A stretch of DNA of 64,000 bases from Chloroflexi bacterium OLB14 (GTDB lineage: Bacteria > Chloroflexota > Anaerolineae > Anaerolineales > Villigracilaceae): the NCBI GenBank assembly GCA_001567105.1, contig LMZR01000072.1:25576-89575 (forward strand), written 5' to 3'. The notes under the pieces were generated by a model that saw only the letters and a program-made list of their open reading frames with translations, was not told where the DNA came from and did no database searches. Position 1 is the stretch's first letter. Each line of letters opens with the position of its first letter. This document shows, in pieces, positions 18,525-27,301 of the stretch. The translations under genes were made by a program, and so were the position numbers.

Positions 18525-19097
18525 TTAGGTATCATACTGATTTACGTCCATAATTTCATTGGATAAAAAGTATGTTTGTGCAGGTAATAAGATATGTTTT
18601 CTTTTTCCAGTGACATAAAGGGTGGTGCAACGGTCACGGGGTAATCTTTTGATTAATGATGAATCATATAACAGAATAGAGCGGTTGGTAATTTTTTCAA
18701 TTACAGTCCAATGGTCGTGGTAGCCCTGTAAACCTAAAATAATAGAGCGCCCTGGCGTGCCGTCTAAAAACCATTGCATATATTTCCAAAAGCGAGTTAG
18801 ATCTGGTGTTGCAACGCCACGAAAAGGAATGCCTAGATTAGAAATGCGTTTTTTCCCAACTACTCTTTTGAGGATGAAAAGCATCTCGGTATGATTAATG
18901 CCATTGATAAGAAATTTTGATAGGAGGCTACGTCTATCAAGATATTTGATGAGGCTATCAAATAGTTGTTGTGATTCAGCATCACTTGAGTGGTTGACAA
19001 AGCGCTCGGCGTTGATGATGCTGTATAAACCACAGAGTGAGTCTAAGCCGCCTTGTTGGAAGGGGGGAAATCCTGAAAGTGAACTGGTAGGTGACAT
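18525..19097 (-). CDS. hypothetical protein with a papain-like Cys/His arrangement
   Basis: QQGGLDSLCGLYS ... GYHDHWTVI ... YDSS; its stop lies 3 nt before the amylase start. Confidence 0.4.
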   Translation of the reverse strand: MSPTSSLSGFPPFQQGGLDSLCGLYSIINAERFVNHSSDAESQQLFDSLIKYLDRRSLLSKFLINGINHTEMLFILKRVVGKKRISNLGIPFRGVATPDLTRFWKYMQWFLDGTPGRSIILGLQGYHDHWTVIEKITNRSILLYDSSLIKRLPRDRCTTLYVTGKRKHILLPAQTYFLSNEIMDVNQYDT

Positions 19098-19118
19098 AAT
19101 TTAAACATACTGGATTAG

Positions 19119-20450
19119 TTATTCGGTTTTGCTTTTCTGTTGGGGTTTAGGAAAATACTTCAAGAAACAGTACCCAACTATACCCGAGATAAATGAGGCG
19201 AGTAGAATTCCAAGTTTGGCTGAGGTCAATAAATCATCTTGTTCAAAGGCAAGTTCGGCAATAAATAGTGACATGGTGAAGCCAATGCCAGATAAAATGC
19301 TGACGCCCCAAATTTGTTGCCATGAAGTGTTGGTAGGAAGTTCAGCCAAACCTGTTTTGACTGCTAGATAGGTGAATGAGAAGATGCCGATTTGTTTTCC
19401 GAGAAATAAGCCTAGAATAATTCCAAGTGTAACAGGGTTGAATAGTGATATGTGTGTGGTTAAACTTACGCCTGCGTTGGCAAAAGCGAAAATAGGCATG
19501 ATTAGAAAACTGACGTAGGGGTGTAGTGTGTGCTCTAGCCTTTGTGAAGGTGATTGTGCTTCTTCTACAGCGGTTTCGATGTTACCAATGATGGCTTGTT
19601 GTGTGATGTTTAATTCTTTACCCTGACTTTGAGTTTCAAATTTATCCAGCCAGTTTCTACTTTGTTGGATAAATTGCTCTTCATTAATTTTTGAACTAGT
19701 TGGAATAGTAAGTGCGAGTAAAACGCCTGCTATGGTAGCATGCACACCTGATTTTAGAAATGCAACCCACAAGCCGATGCCAATTAATGCATATAAAAGC
19801 GGGTGACGAAAGCCTAGTAGGTTTAAGGTTAACAAAAATACAAAAAAGAGGGCGGCTAAACCTAGCCATGCCCACATAATTTGAGATGTGTAAAAAATTG
19901 CAATGACGATGACTGCGCCGAGGTCATCTACGATGGCGAGTGCGGTTAGGAAAATTTTTAACGAAAGCGGAGCTCGCCGACCAATCAATGCCAATACACC
20001 TAAAGCAAAGGCAATATCTGTTGCCATTGGAACTCCCCAGCCATGCTTGCTTGTGTGATTAAAGTTGAAGAGTGTATAAATTAAGGCTGGTAAAATCATT
20101 CCACCTAAGGCGGCGGCGATGGGGATGATTGCTCGCTTGAGAGTACGTAGTTCTCCAATTAGTAATTCTCGTTTAATTTCTAAGCCAACTACGAAGAAGA
20201 AAATAGCCATTAAACCATCATTAATCCATAACAATAGCGATTTTGAGATGATTAGTTTTCCTTCAATGCCAATAGTTAGGATGGTATGCCATAAATTAAA
20301 ATAGCTATTGGCATAACTTGAGTTTGCCCATAACAATGCTAATATTGTAGATGCTAGTAAGATAACACCACTTGAAGTCTCTTGTTTAATAAATTCTTGA
20401 ATGGGGCTAAGTAGCCTATCAACTACTTGGCGGGGTTTATTTTTAGGCAT
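19119..20450 (-). CDS. nhaA: Na+/H+ antiporter NhaA
   Basis: WINDGLMAIFFFVVGLEIKREL and AIVDDLGAV motifs. Confidence 0.9.
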   Translation of the reverse strand: MPKNKPRQVVDRLLSPIQEFIKQETSSGVILLASTILALLWANSSYANSYFNLWHTILTIGIEGKLIISKSLLLWINDGLMAIFFFVVGLEIKRELLIGELRTLKRAIIPIAAALGGMILPALIYTLFNFNHTSKHGWGVPMATDIAFALGVLALIGRRAPLSLKIFLTALAIVDDLGAVIVIAIFYTSQIMWAWLGLAALFFVFLLTLNLLGFRHPLLYALIGIGLWVAFLKSGVHATIAGVLLALTIPTSSKINEEQFIQQSRNWLDKFETQSQGKELNITQQAIIGNIETAVEEAQSPSQRLEHTLHPYVSFLIMPIFAFANAGVSLTTHISLFNPVTLGIILGLFLGKQIGIFSFTYLAVKTGLAELPTNTSWQQIWGVSILSGIGFTMSLFIAELAFEQDDLLTSAKLGILLASFISGIVGYCFLKYFPKPQQKSKTE

Positions 20451-20609
20451 AATAATTTTTTTATATAATAGACTTTCTTTAGCATAAGCCTATAAATTAT
20501 TTTAAGCAGGCATTAGAGAACGCCTGCTATACGCGAAAAATTAATATTTTGTTTGTGTAGAGTGCGTTTTCTAGCGCGCTTGTGCAAGAAGCCTATTATC
20601 AAACAAATC

Positions 20610-21440
20610 TTATTTTTCAGTTATCTGTCGCAACAAAGCTCGCAAATTTCTGCGGTGCAACATTTCTGCTAAACCACCCAAATAGACTCGATTCTTTCCG
20701 CTTTCCTCAATTGAAATTTCTTCAATTAGTTCTTGTGCATTTTTGCGTTTGGCAATAGCTTTAACTGATTTCTTGATGTTATTCAAATAATTCAAATTCT
20801 CTTTAATAGCCGCATCAATTTCGCCGCGTAAAATAATATCACCATGCCCCTGAATGATATTTTCTAAGCCCATTTTTCCTGTTTTCTTAACCGAAGCAAT
20901 CATATCGTCAATATCACCATCTACAATATAGGGGAGGGGCATAAAAGCATCACCAGCAAAAAGCACACGATCTTCTTCAACTAAAACCGAAATGCCGTCG
21001 TTGCTATGACCAAATGAAGGAAACAGAATCAAGTTTTTCTTCCCGACTCGAAGCGTCATTTCTCCATCAGAAAAAGTTTGCTGTGGGGGCACAATCTTCA
21101 CATGACGTAAAGCCTGATTCTGTTTTTGTGCAGATTCTAATGATGGAATCCCATCTTCAATTAAATATTCACGACATTTAGAATGTCCTACAATGGTTGC
21201 ACCAGGGAAAAAACAATTTCCCCAACAATGATCGGCATGATAGTGGGTGTTAATCACATAACGAACTTGCACGCCCAATTCATGCTCAATAAATTCGCGC
21301 ATTGCCATTGTTTCATCGGGCAGGGCAAGCGTATCAATCACCACAGCCCATTGCGGACCCACAATCACGCCCGCCGTCACCTGCGCATATACTTCACTTT
21401 GAAACCAATATACATTTTCTGAAACTCGTTCTCGATGCAT
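20610..21440 (-). CDS. MBL-fold metallo-hydrolase
   Basis: THYHADHCWGN motif. Confidence 0.8.
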   Translation of the reverse strand: MHRERVSENVYWFQSEVYAQVTAGVIVGPQWAVVIDTLALPDETMAMREFIEHELGVQVRYVINTHYHADHCWGNCFFPGATIVGHSKCREYLIEDGIPSLESAQKQNQALRHVKIVPPQQTFSDGEMTLRVGKKNLILFPSFGHSNDGISVLVEEDRVLFAGDAFMPLPYIVDGDIDDMIASVKKTGKMGLENIIQGHGDIILRGEIDAAIKENLNYLNNIKKSVKAIAKRKNAQELIEEISIEESGKNRVYLGGLAEMLHRRNLRALLRQITEK

Positions 21441-21594
21441 TTGCTTAACCTTTGTTTAGATTTGTGCCTTTAATAGCATAGAACTTCAGAAATATCAAGT
21501 TGATTAGACAAATCTTGCTTTGGATAAAAACCCGCCTCGCTTCTTGTTTCTAGTTGATTCTGCTATTCAAATTTTTGCTTAACCCCAACCTATA

Positions 21595-21631
21595 AAAGAA
21601 CTCCGAGATTTTCAAAATCTTGGAGTTCTTT
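21595..21631 (-). terminator. terminator hairpin downstream of lpd
   Basis: AAAGAACTCCGAGATTTT / AAAATCTTGGAGTTCTTT. Confidence 0.55.
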
Positions 21632-21633
21632 AC

Positions 21634-21682
21634 TAATAACTATTCCCTATTTACTATTCCCTATTTACTATTCCCCTAAATA
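21634..21682. repeat. heptamer array (TATTCCC TATTTAC)x2.5 overlapping the lpd stop codon
   Basis: Direct read, period 7 and 14. Confidence 0.75.
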
Positions 21683-23064
21683 TGTATCGGCTGACCATCT
21701 GCTCCATGCGCCGCTTCCATCAATGTTTCTGATAATGTTGGATGAGCATGGACGTTTCTTGCAATTTCATGCGGAGTCAATTCCATCATTCTTGCTAACG
21801 TTAATTCAGGCAATAACTCTGTCACTTCTGGACCAATCATGTGCGCGCCGAGTATCTCGCCATATTTTTCATCCATGATAATTTTTACAAAGCCTGCATA
21901 ATCACCGAGTCCAAGCGCTTTACCATTGGCTTGGAAGGGGAAGCGACCAACTTTGATGTTGAATCCTTTTTCTTTTGCTTGAGCCTCTGTCAGCCCGAAT
22001 GAAGCGACCTGCGGATGACAATAAGTAGCACGAGGCATCATGTCATAATCCAACGTCACAGTTTCATGTCCGCCGATATGTTCTGCACACACAATGCCCA
22101 TTGCAGAACCAACGTGAGCCAACATTAATTTTCCTGTCACATCACCAATTGCCCAGATGTTTGGAACATTGGTTTGCATCTTTTCATTGATTTCGATGAA
22201 TCCGCGCTCGCTGACTTTAACTCCAGCCGCTTCAAGACCTAGCCCTTTGCTGTTCGGTGAAAACGAAGTTGCGATTAACGCCTGATCCACTTCCAGAGTT
22301 TCATCGGGCAATTTCACTTTGACAGTTTTTCCCGAAGCGACAATAGATTCAAACTTCACACCCGTTTTGATTTTGATTCCTGCTTTAGTTAATTCTTTAG
22401 TTAACTCTTTGCTAATTTCTTCATCTTCTCTCGGTAACACTCTTGGAAGTAATTCAACAATGGTTACATCTACGCCATACGAATTCCATATCGTTGCAAA
22501 TTCAACGCCGATAGCACCAGCACCCACAATCACCACTGATTTTGGAAGCGTATCTTGCATAATCGCTTCTGCATAAGTGACAATTTGTTTGCCGTCAATT
22601 TTTACATTCGGTAAAGTTGCCGCGCTTGCACCTGTGGCGATGATAATATTTTTTGCTTTGAGTTCTGTATTCTTGCCATCATTCCCCGCAACGGACAATG
22701 TATCTTTAGATTTGAAAGTTGCCGCGCCCATAAAAACGGTGATGTTATTTTTCTTCATCAAAAAGCCAATGCCTTTGACGAGTCTTTCAGAATTGGAACG
22801 TGAGCGTTTGAAAGCCACGCTGTAATCTAATTTGAGATTATCAAATGAAAAGCCAAAATCTTTTCCGCGTTCGCGTAAGGTATGAGCCACTTCCGCATTT
22901 TTAAGCAGTGACTTGGAAGGAATACAGCCGATGTTCAAACACACGCCACCCATCCATTGCTTATCTACAATTGCAACTTTTTGTTTTAGTTGCGCCGCAC
23001 GGATTGCGGCAACATATCCCGCAGGTCCCGCACCGATGACAACGACATCAAAATTTTCTGCCAT
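21676..23064 (-). CDS. lpdA: dihydrolipoyl dehydrogenase (E3)
   Basis: GGVCLNIGCIPSK redox disulfide, FAD and NAD folds, HAHPTLSE motif. Confidence 0.9.
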   Translation of the reverse strand: MAENFDVVVIGAGPAGYVAAIRAAQLKQKVAIVDKQWMGGVCLNIGCIPSKSLLKNAEVAHTLRERGKDFGFSFDNLKLDYSVAFKRSRSNSERLVKGIGFLMKKNNITVFMGAATFKSKDTLSVAGNDGKNTELKAKNIIIATGASAATLPNVKIDGKQIVTYAEAIMQDTLPKSVVIVGAGAIGVEFATIWNSYGVDVTIVELLPRVLPREDEEISKELTKELTKAGIKIKTGVKFESIVASGKTVKVKLPDETLEVDQALIATSFSPNSKGLGLEAAGVKVSERGFIEINEKMQTNVPNIWAIGDVTGKLMLAHVGSAMGIVCAEHIGGHETVTLDYDMMPRATYCHPQVASFGLTEAQAKEKGFNIKVGRFPFQANGKALGLGDYAGFVKIIMDEKYGEILGAHMIGPEVTELLPELTLARMMELTPHEIARNVHAHPTLSETLMEAAHGADGQPIHI

Positions 23065-23212
23065 AGAGAATACTCCAGTTGATTTAAAAATATCTTACGC
23101 CCCATTGTACTATTAAAGAGAGTAGAGACATGGAAGTTGCCATGTCTCTACAAAATTTTTCTTGCTCTTTTGAGGGCTTAGCTCTCGAAAAGCATTTTGA
23201 ATTATAGTATCT

Positions 23213-24133
23213 TCAACTTACAAACGCTGGTTTCAAATAATGCTTTTTCAACTCAGAAGCATATTTTGTGCCAACTGTATCTTTGTTTTCCTCAAGCCAT
23301 TTTCGTAAACTGGTTTTGCATCTAGCAGGTTCTGAGGAAACTAACAAATTTGCCATCAAGCCATCTACTTCTTCAGGCGTTAATAAAACATCCCGCACGA
23401 ACAGACTCAAAAATTGAGCGGCAGTTAATGCAATGCGTGGATGAGTATGAATAATCATTGGGTTTTTATTGACAGTTTTTCCAATGGTTTTGACCAATTC
23501 ATCGAAAGTAAAAATATCTGTACCAACAGCATCCCAAATCAAATTGTCATTTCTTGAGGCGGCTTCAACAGCAAGGTCTGCCAAATCTTCAATATAAACG
23601 GGTTGAATTTTATATTTTCCATCTCCCATTTGTAAAAAGAAAGGGAAACGCCTTACTAAATAAGCAATGTTATTGATGAGAATATCTTCAATGCCAAATA
23701 GCACAGTAGGACGTAAGATGGCATAAGACATACCGCTCTCAATCACTGTTTTTTCATTTTCCGCTTTTCCCCAATAATAGGGGAGATGAGAATTTATATC
23801 TGGATTTGCAATGCTGATGTGAACGACTCGCTTCACGCCTGCCTTTTTAGCGGATGAAATTAACCTGCGAGTATTTTCCACTGCGGCGGGCTGAGTGTTT
23901 GTGCCTCGATCAAATCGTACCCAATAGGTATTGTAAAAAGTATCCACGCCTTCTAAAGCCTTTGTTGTTTCTGCTTCGTTGAAATTTAATGGATAAGCTT
24001 TTACTTTGTTATCAAAGATAGAACTTCTTTCAGGATGATTGGTCAATGTGACCACTTCATGTCCTTGAGCAAGCAAACGGCGGGTAATATATTTACCTGA
24101 ATAACTAAACGCGCCTGTAACTGCAATTTTCAT
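23213..24133 (-). CDS. NAD(P)-binding atypical SDR (NDUFA9/NmrA-like)
   Basis: MKIAVTGAFSYSG Rossmann start after an AAGGAG RBS; start re-called. Confidence 0.7.
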   Translation of the reverse strand: MKIAVTGAFSYSGKYITRRLLAQGHEVVTLTNHPERSSIFDNKVKAYPLNFNEAETTKALEGVDTFYNTYWVRFDRGTNTQPAAVENTRRLISSAKKAGVKRVVHISIANPDINSHLPYYWGKAENEKTVIESGMSYAILRPTVLFGIEDILINNIAYLVRRFPFFLQMGDGKYKIQPVYIEDLADLAVEAASRNDNLIWDAVGTDIFTFDELVKTIGKTVNKNPMIIHTHPRIALTAAQFLSLFVRDVLLTPEEVDGLMANLLVSSEPARCKTSLRKWLEENKDTVGTKYASELKKHYLKPAFVS

Positions 24134-24253
24134 ATCAATCTCCTTTTGTAAAATAGCAACATTAATCAAACCGCTCTAGAATCGGCTTGTTGTAAACAAT
24201 ATAAATTTCAATTCATACCTAAAAATTTTTTATTGCACTTCGCTAAATGCTTC

Positions 24254-24296
24254 CGCCGCAGTCCTCGGCGGCGGGGACGCCGCCTTGAGCTAGGCG
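24254..24296. repeat. GC-rich REP-like hairpin, family CGCCGCCGAGGACGGCGGCTTGAGC
   Basis: Related copies at 35993-36082, 37806-37893 and 52322-52365. Confidence 0.6.
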
Positions 24297-24306
24297 ACTT
24301 AATTTC

Positions 24307-24834
24307 TTACTTCAAAATTTTTATTACACTTTGAACTGTATTGATACCTAAACGATCTAATTTTGAAATTGCGCGAGTCATATTATCTATTGCATCAAAA
24401 AAATCTTGCAAAGCTTTTAATCGTTCAATCAAAAATGCGCGTTCTTTCTTGTCAAAAGAACCTTCGCCTGCTTCAAGTGACGCTAAAGATTCTTTGACAG
24501 AATTAATAGCACGATCAAATTCACTATTTTGACGACCTTTTAGAATCGTTTGAACAGATTTATAAAAATCCGTTTCTGCTTCGTAATAATCTTTTCGGTC
24601 AGCGACTTTGGTAACGGGATGAATCAAGCCCATGCGCGTCAATGTGCGCACGTTGGTACTGATTGCGCCTTTGGTCAGCCCTGTGCTTTCTACCAACTCA
24701 TCTAATGAAAGGGGAACGGCAGAAACATACAGCACGCCGAAAATTGCGCCCATCGCTTTTGGGAATCCCCAAAATTGGCTGATACCACTCATTCCCTGAA
24801 TAAAGTTTTGTTTAATTTGCGTATTTGTTGTCAT
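24307..24834 (-). CDS. GbsR/MarR-type transcriptional regulator
   Basis: FWGFPKAMGAIFGVLY ... LSLDELVESTGLTKGAISTNVRTL winged helix. Confidence 0.6.
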   Translation of the reverse strand: MTTNTQIKQNFIQGMSGISQFWGFPKAMGAIFGVLYVSAVPLSLDELVESTGLTKGAISTNVRTLTRMGLIHPVTKVADRKDYYEAETDFYKSVQTILKGRQNSEFDRAINSVKESLASLEAGEGSFDKKERAFLIERLKALQDFFDAIDNMTRAISKLDRLGINTVQSVIKILK

Positions 24835-24945
24835 CTCGCCTCGTTTAGAACGTTTAGTATTTACTAAACAAAGTATACACCAATCTCTAAAAGAGTCAAG
24901 GTCAAAAAATTCACGTTTTTAACGTAACTGCTTCAATTAATAAAA

Positions 24946-24970
24946 TAAGTCACTCTGCAAGAGTGACTTA
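24946..24970 (-). terminator. terminator hairpin downstream of the ICMT-family gene
   Basis: TAAGTCACTCT gca AGAGTGACTTA, T-rich on the minus strand. Confidence 0.55.
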
Positions 24971-25028
24971 CGAAGTTCAGATTAAAAATAGGAATACAGC
25001 GAATCGTTTATTGACCTACACTTGAAAA

Positions 25029-25500
25029 TTAAATCCAACGCTTCACACTTGACTTATAGTTGGTGTATTGTTCCCCAAACTTTTTTTTCTAAGTAGGCTT
25101 CTTCGTGTTTAATCACCAACTCGTTGAAACAAATTACCAAAACAGGGGACAGGATTAATCCCCACAAAGAATTTGAGAATAAAAGAAACCCAATGAGCAT
25201 GAATACAAAACCTAAATAAATTGGGTTGCGTGTGTAGCGATAAATCCCTGATGAAATAATATTTGTCACTGAACCGTGTGGGTTAACTGTTGTTCTTGCT
25301 TTTATAAATTCTCGAATTGCAATGAATGGTAATAACAAGCCAACGATTGCAAGACCCAAGCCGAAATATTTTACCCAACTTGCAGAAGAGACGAATTCAA
25401 TCGTAACAAACCAATTGGCTACATAAGCAAGGATGATAAAAATAAAAGTTAACACAGGTGGGTGGATTTTCACATCAGCATGGTCTTTGTTTTCACTCAT
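25029..25500 (-). CDS. isoprenylcysteine carboxyl / phospholipid methyltransferase family protein, frameshifted in an A8/T8 run
   Basis: GIYRYTRNPIYLGF motif. Removing one base at 25081-25088 restores the canonical tail EEAYLEKKFGEQYTNYKSSVKRWI. Confidence 0.75.
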
Positions 25501-25520
25501 AATTTAATCTCCAATGATTT

Positions 25521-25563
25521 GGTCTCGATACGCCACAAAACCAAGAGCGTGGCTACTCGACCA
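25521..25563. repeat. REP-like element GGTCTCGATACGCC...GGCTACTCGACC
   Basis: Same family as 7239-7284 and 40521-40565. Confidence 0.6.
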
Positions 25564-25570
25564 TCTTTTT

Positions 25571-26809
25571 TTAACTCCAATTCTCCAAGGTCTCTTTGAC
25601 TTTCGCCAAGAACCAATCAGCAGATGCGCCATCTAGAATGCGATGGTCAAATACAAATGACATATACACCATTGGACGAATCGCAATTGCATCGTCTATC
25701 ACCACAACTCGTTTTTGCATGGCACCGATTCCTAAAATCCCTGCTTGAGGTTGGTTGATGACAGGGAACGCCATCAGTGATCCGCTTGTGCCGTGATTCG
25801 TTAGTGTAAATGTTCCACCTTTGACATCATCAGGTTGTAACTTTTTTGTGCGAGCGCGATTCGCTAAATCATTTACGGCGCGTGCCATTGCTAATAGTGA
25901 TAAATCTTCTGCGTTTTTAATCACTGGCACAATCAAACCATCTTCACCTAATGAAACAGCCATGCCTAAATTGACGTTTTTATGAATAATGATTCCTTCA
26001 TCACTCCAAGATGAATTGGTCATTGGGTAGGCTTTTAATCCCGCTACAATAGCAGACATGAAATATGCCGTGAATGTTAAGTTAACTCCATCTCTTTCAA
26101 ATTGGGCTTTATGAGCCGAACGATGTTTGGCAACTTTGCTCATATCGGCTTCCATCACTGTCAACACATGTGGCGATGTATGCTTCGACTCAACCATGTG
26201 CTGTGCAATTGATTTCCGCATGACGGTGTGTTTGACTAAAGTTCCAAGTTGCATGTTGGTAGGTTGCAAAGTTGCGACTTGTGACCTTTGACCTTCAACT
26301 TTTGACTTTCCGCTTTCTACATAACTCAATACATCGTTTTTCGTAATTCGTCCATTTAATCCCGTGCCTTGCACTTGACTCAAATTGATTCCATGCTCTG
26401 CCGCGATTTTTGCCACAACAGGGGAGATGAAACCTAAATCAGTTGAAGGTTTAAGGTTTAAGGTTGCGGGTTGCAAGTTGAAGATTGCAGGTTGTGCTGA
26501 TGGCTGACTGCTGACTGCTTTTACTTTTTCAACATTGCTCACTGATGACTGAACACTGTCTACTGTTTCCCCCGCCACGCCGATAATTGCAAGTAACTCA
26601 CCAACTTTCCCAACTTGCCCTTCTTGCGCAATGATTTTCAACACCACACCCGAAGCAGGCGCAGGGATTTCAGTATCTACTTTATCCGTGTTAACTTCAA
26701 GCAACGGCTCTAACTCTTTAATCGAGTCACCTTCTTGCTTGAGCCATTTTGTAACTGTAACTTCATCCACGCCTTCGCCTAATCTTGGTACGAATACTTT
26801 TGTTGCCAT
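25571..26809 (-). CDS. dihydrolipoamide acyltransferase (E2) of a 2-oxoacid dehydrogenase complex
   Basis: Lipoyl domain (EVNTDKV), peripheral subunit-binding domain, catalytic DHRILDG. Confidence 0.9.
   Translation of the reverse strand: MATKVFVPRLGEGVDEVTVTKWLKQEGDSIKELEPLLEVNTDKVDTEIPAPASGVVLKIIAQEGQVGKVGELLAIIGVAGETVDSVQSSVSNVEKVKAVSSQPSAQPAIFNLQPATLNLKPSTDLGFISPVVAKIAAEHGINLSQVQGTGLNGRITKNDVLSYVESGKSKVEGQRSQVATLQPTNMQLGTLVKHTVMRKSIAQHMVESKHTSPHVLTVMEADMSKVAKHRSAHKAQFERDGVNLTFTAYFMSAIVAGLKAYPMTNSSWSDEGIIIHKNVNLGMAVSLGEDGLIVPVIKNAEDLSLLAMARAVNDLANRARTKKLQPDDVKGGTFTLTNHGTSGSLMAFPVINQPQAGILGIGAMQKRVVVIDDAIAIRPMVYMSFVFDHRILDGASADWFLAKVKETLENWS
26247..26316. repeat. heptamer array inside the second E2 linker
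   Basis: Period-7 units AGGTTGC / TGACCTT / TGACTTT; encodes SKVEGQRSQVATLQPTNMQL. Confidence 0.7.
26447..26516. repeat. heptamer array inside the first E2 linker
   Basis: AGGTTTA x2, AGGTTGC, GGGTTGC ... GCTGACT x2; encodes SSQPSAQPAIFNLQPATLNLKPS. Confidence 0.8.
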
Positions 26810-26827
26810 ACATGCTCCTTAATTTTC

Positions 26828-27301
26828 ACCGCAGAGACGCGGAGAACACAGAGTTTTTATTCTTTAAGTCCTAAAACCAATCTCTTTACACCTTTTACTA
26901 ATATTGGTACATTGAAATTAAGAATTAATCCAACTTTCCAATTACCAAGTTTCATATATGTTAGGGTTTGCGCTTCGTGAATTGGCATAATGGCTTCAAT
27001 GGATTTCAATTCAACGACAACTTCATTATTGGCGAGAATATCAATTCGATAGCCACAATCTAGTTTTGTTCCTTTGTAAACAACAGGTAAGGGGACTTGT
27101 CTTTGAAAGGGAATATTTCGCAAGTTTAGTTCATGGCAAAGACATTCTTCATAAGCAGATTCAAGTAAACCTGGACCTAAGTGCTTATGAACTTCAATCG
27201 CCGCACCAATAATTGACTCGGTCGTCTTATTAATTTCCTGAACAATTTTTATACCACTGCCATTCATTTGTTTTTCTCCGTGAACTCTGCGCCTCTGCGG
27301 T
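26828..27301. mobile_element. GxxExxY gene cassette bounded by 26-bp imperfect inverted repeats, inserted between E1 and E2
   Basis: ACCGCAGAGACGCGGAGAACACAGAG (26828-26853) matches the reverse complement of 27276-27301 (ACCGCAGAGGCGCAGAGTTCACGGAG) at 21 of 26 positions. Confidence 0.55.
26857..27267 (-). CDS. GxxExxY protein (PD-(D/E)XK-like)
   Basis: [13 protein letters not shown] matches the family signature; 136 aa. Confidence 0.85.
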   Translation of the reverse strand: MNGSGIKIVQEINKTTESIIGAAIEVHKHLGPGLLESAYEECLCHELNLRNIPFQRQVPLPVVYKGTKLDCGYRIDILANNEVVVELKSIEAIMPIHEAQTLTYMKLGNWKVGLILNFNVPILVKGVKRLVLGLKE

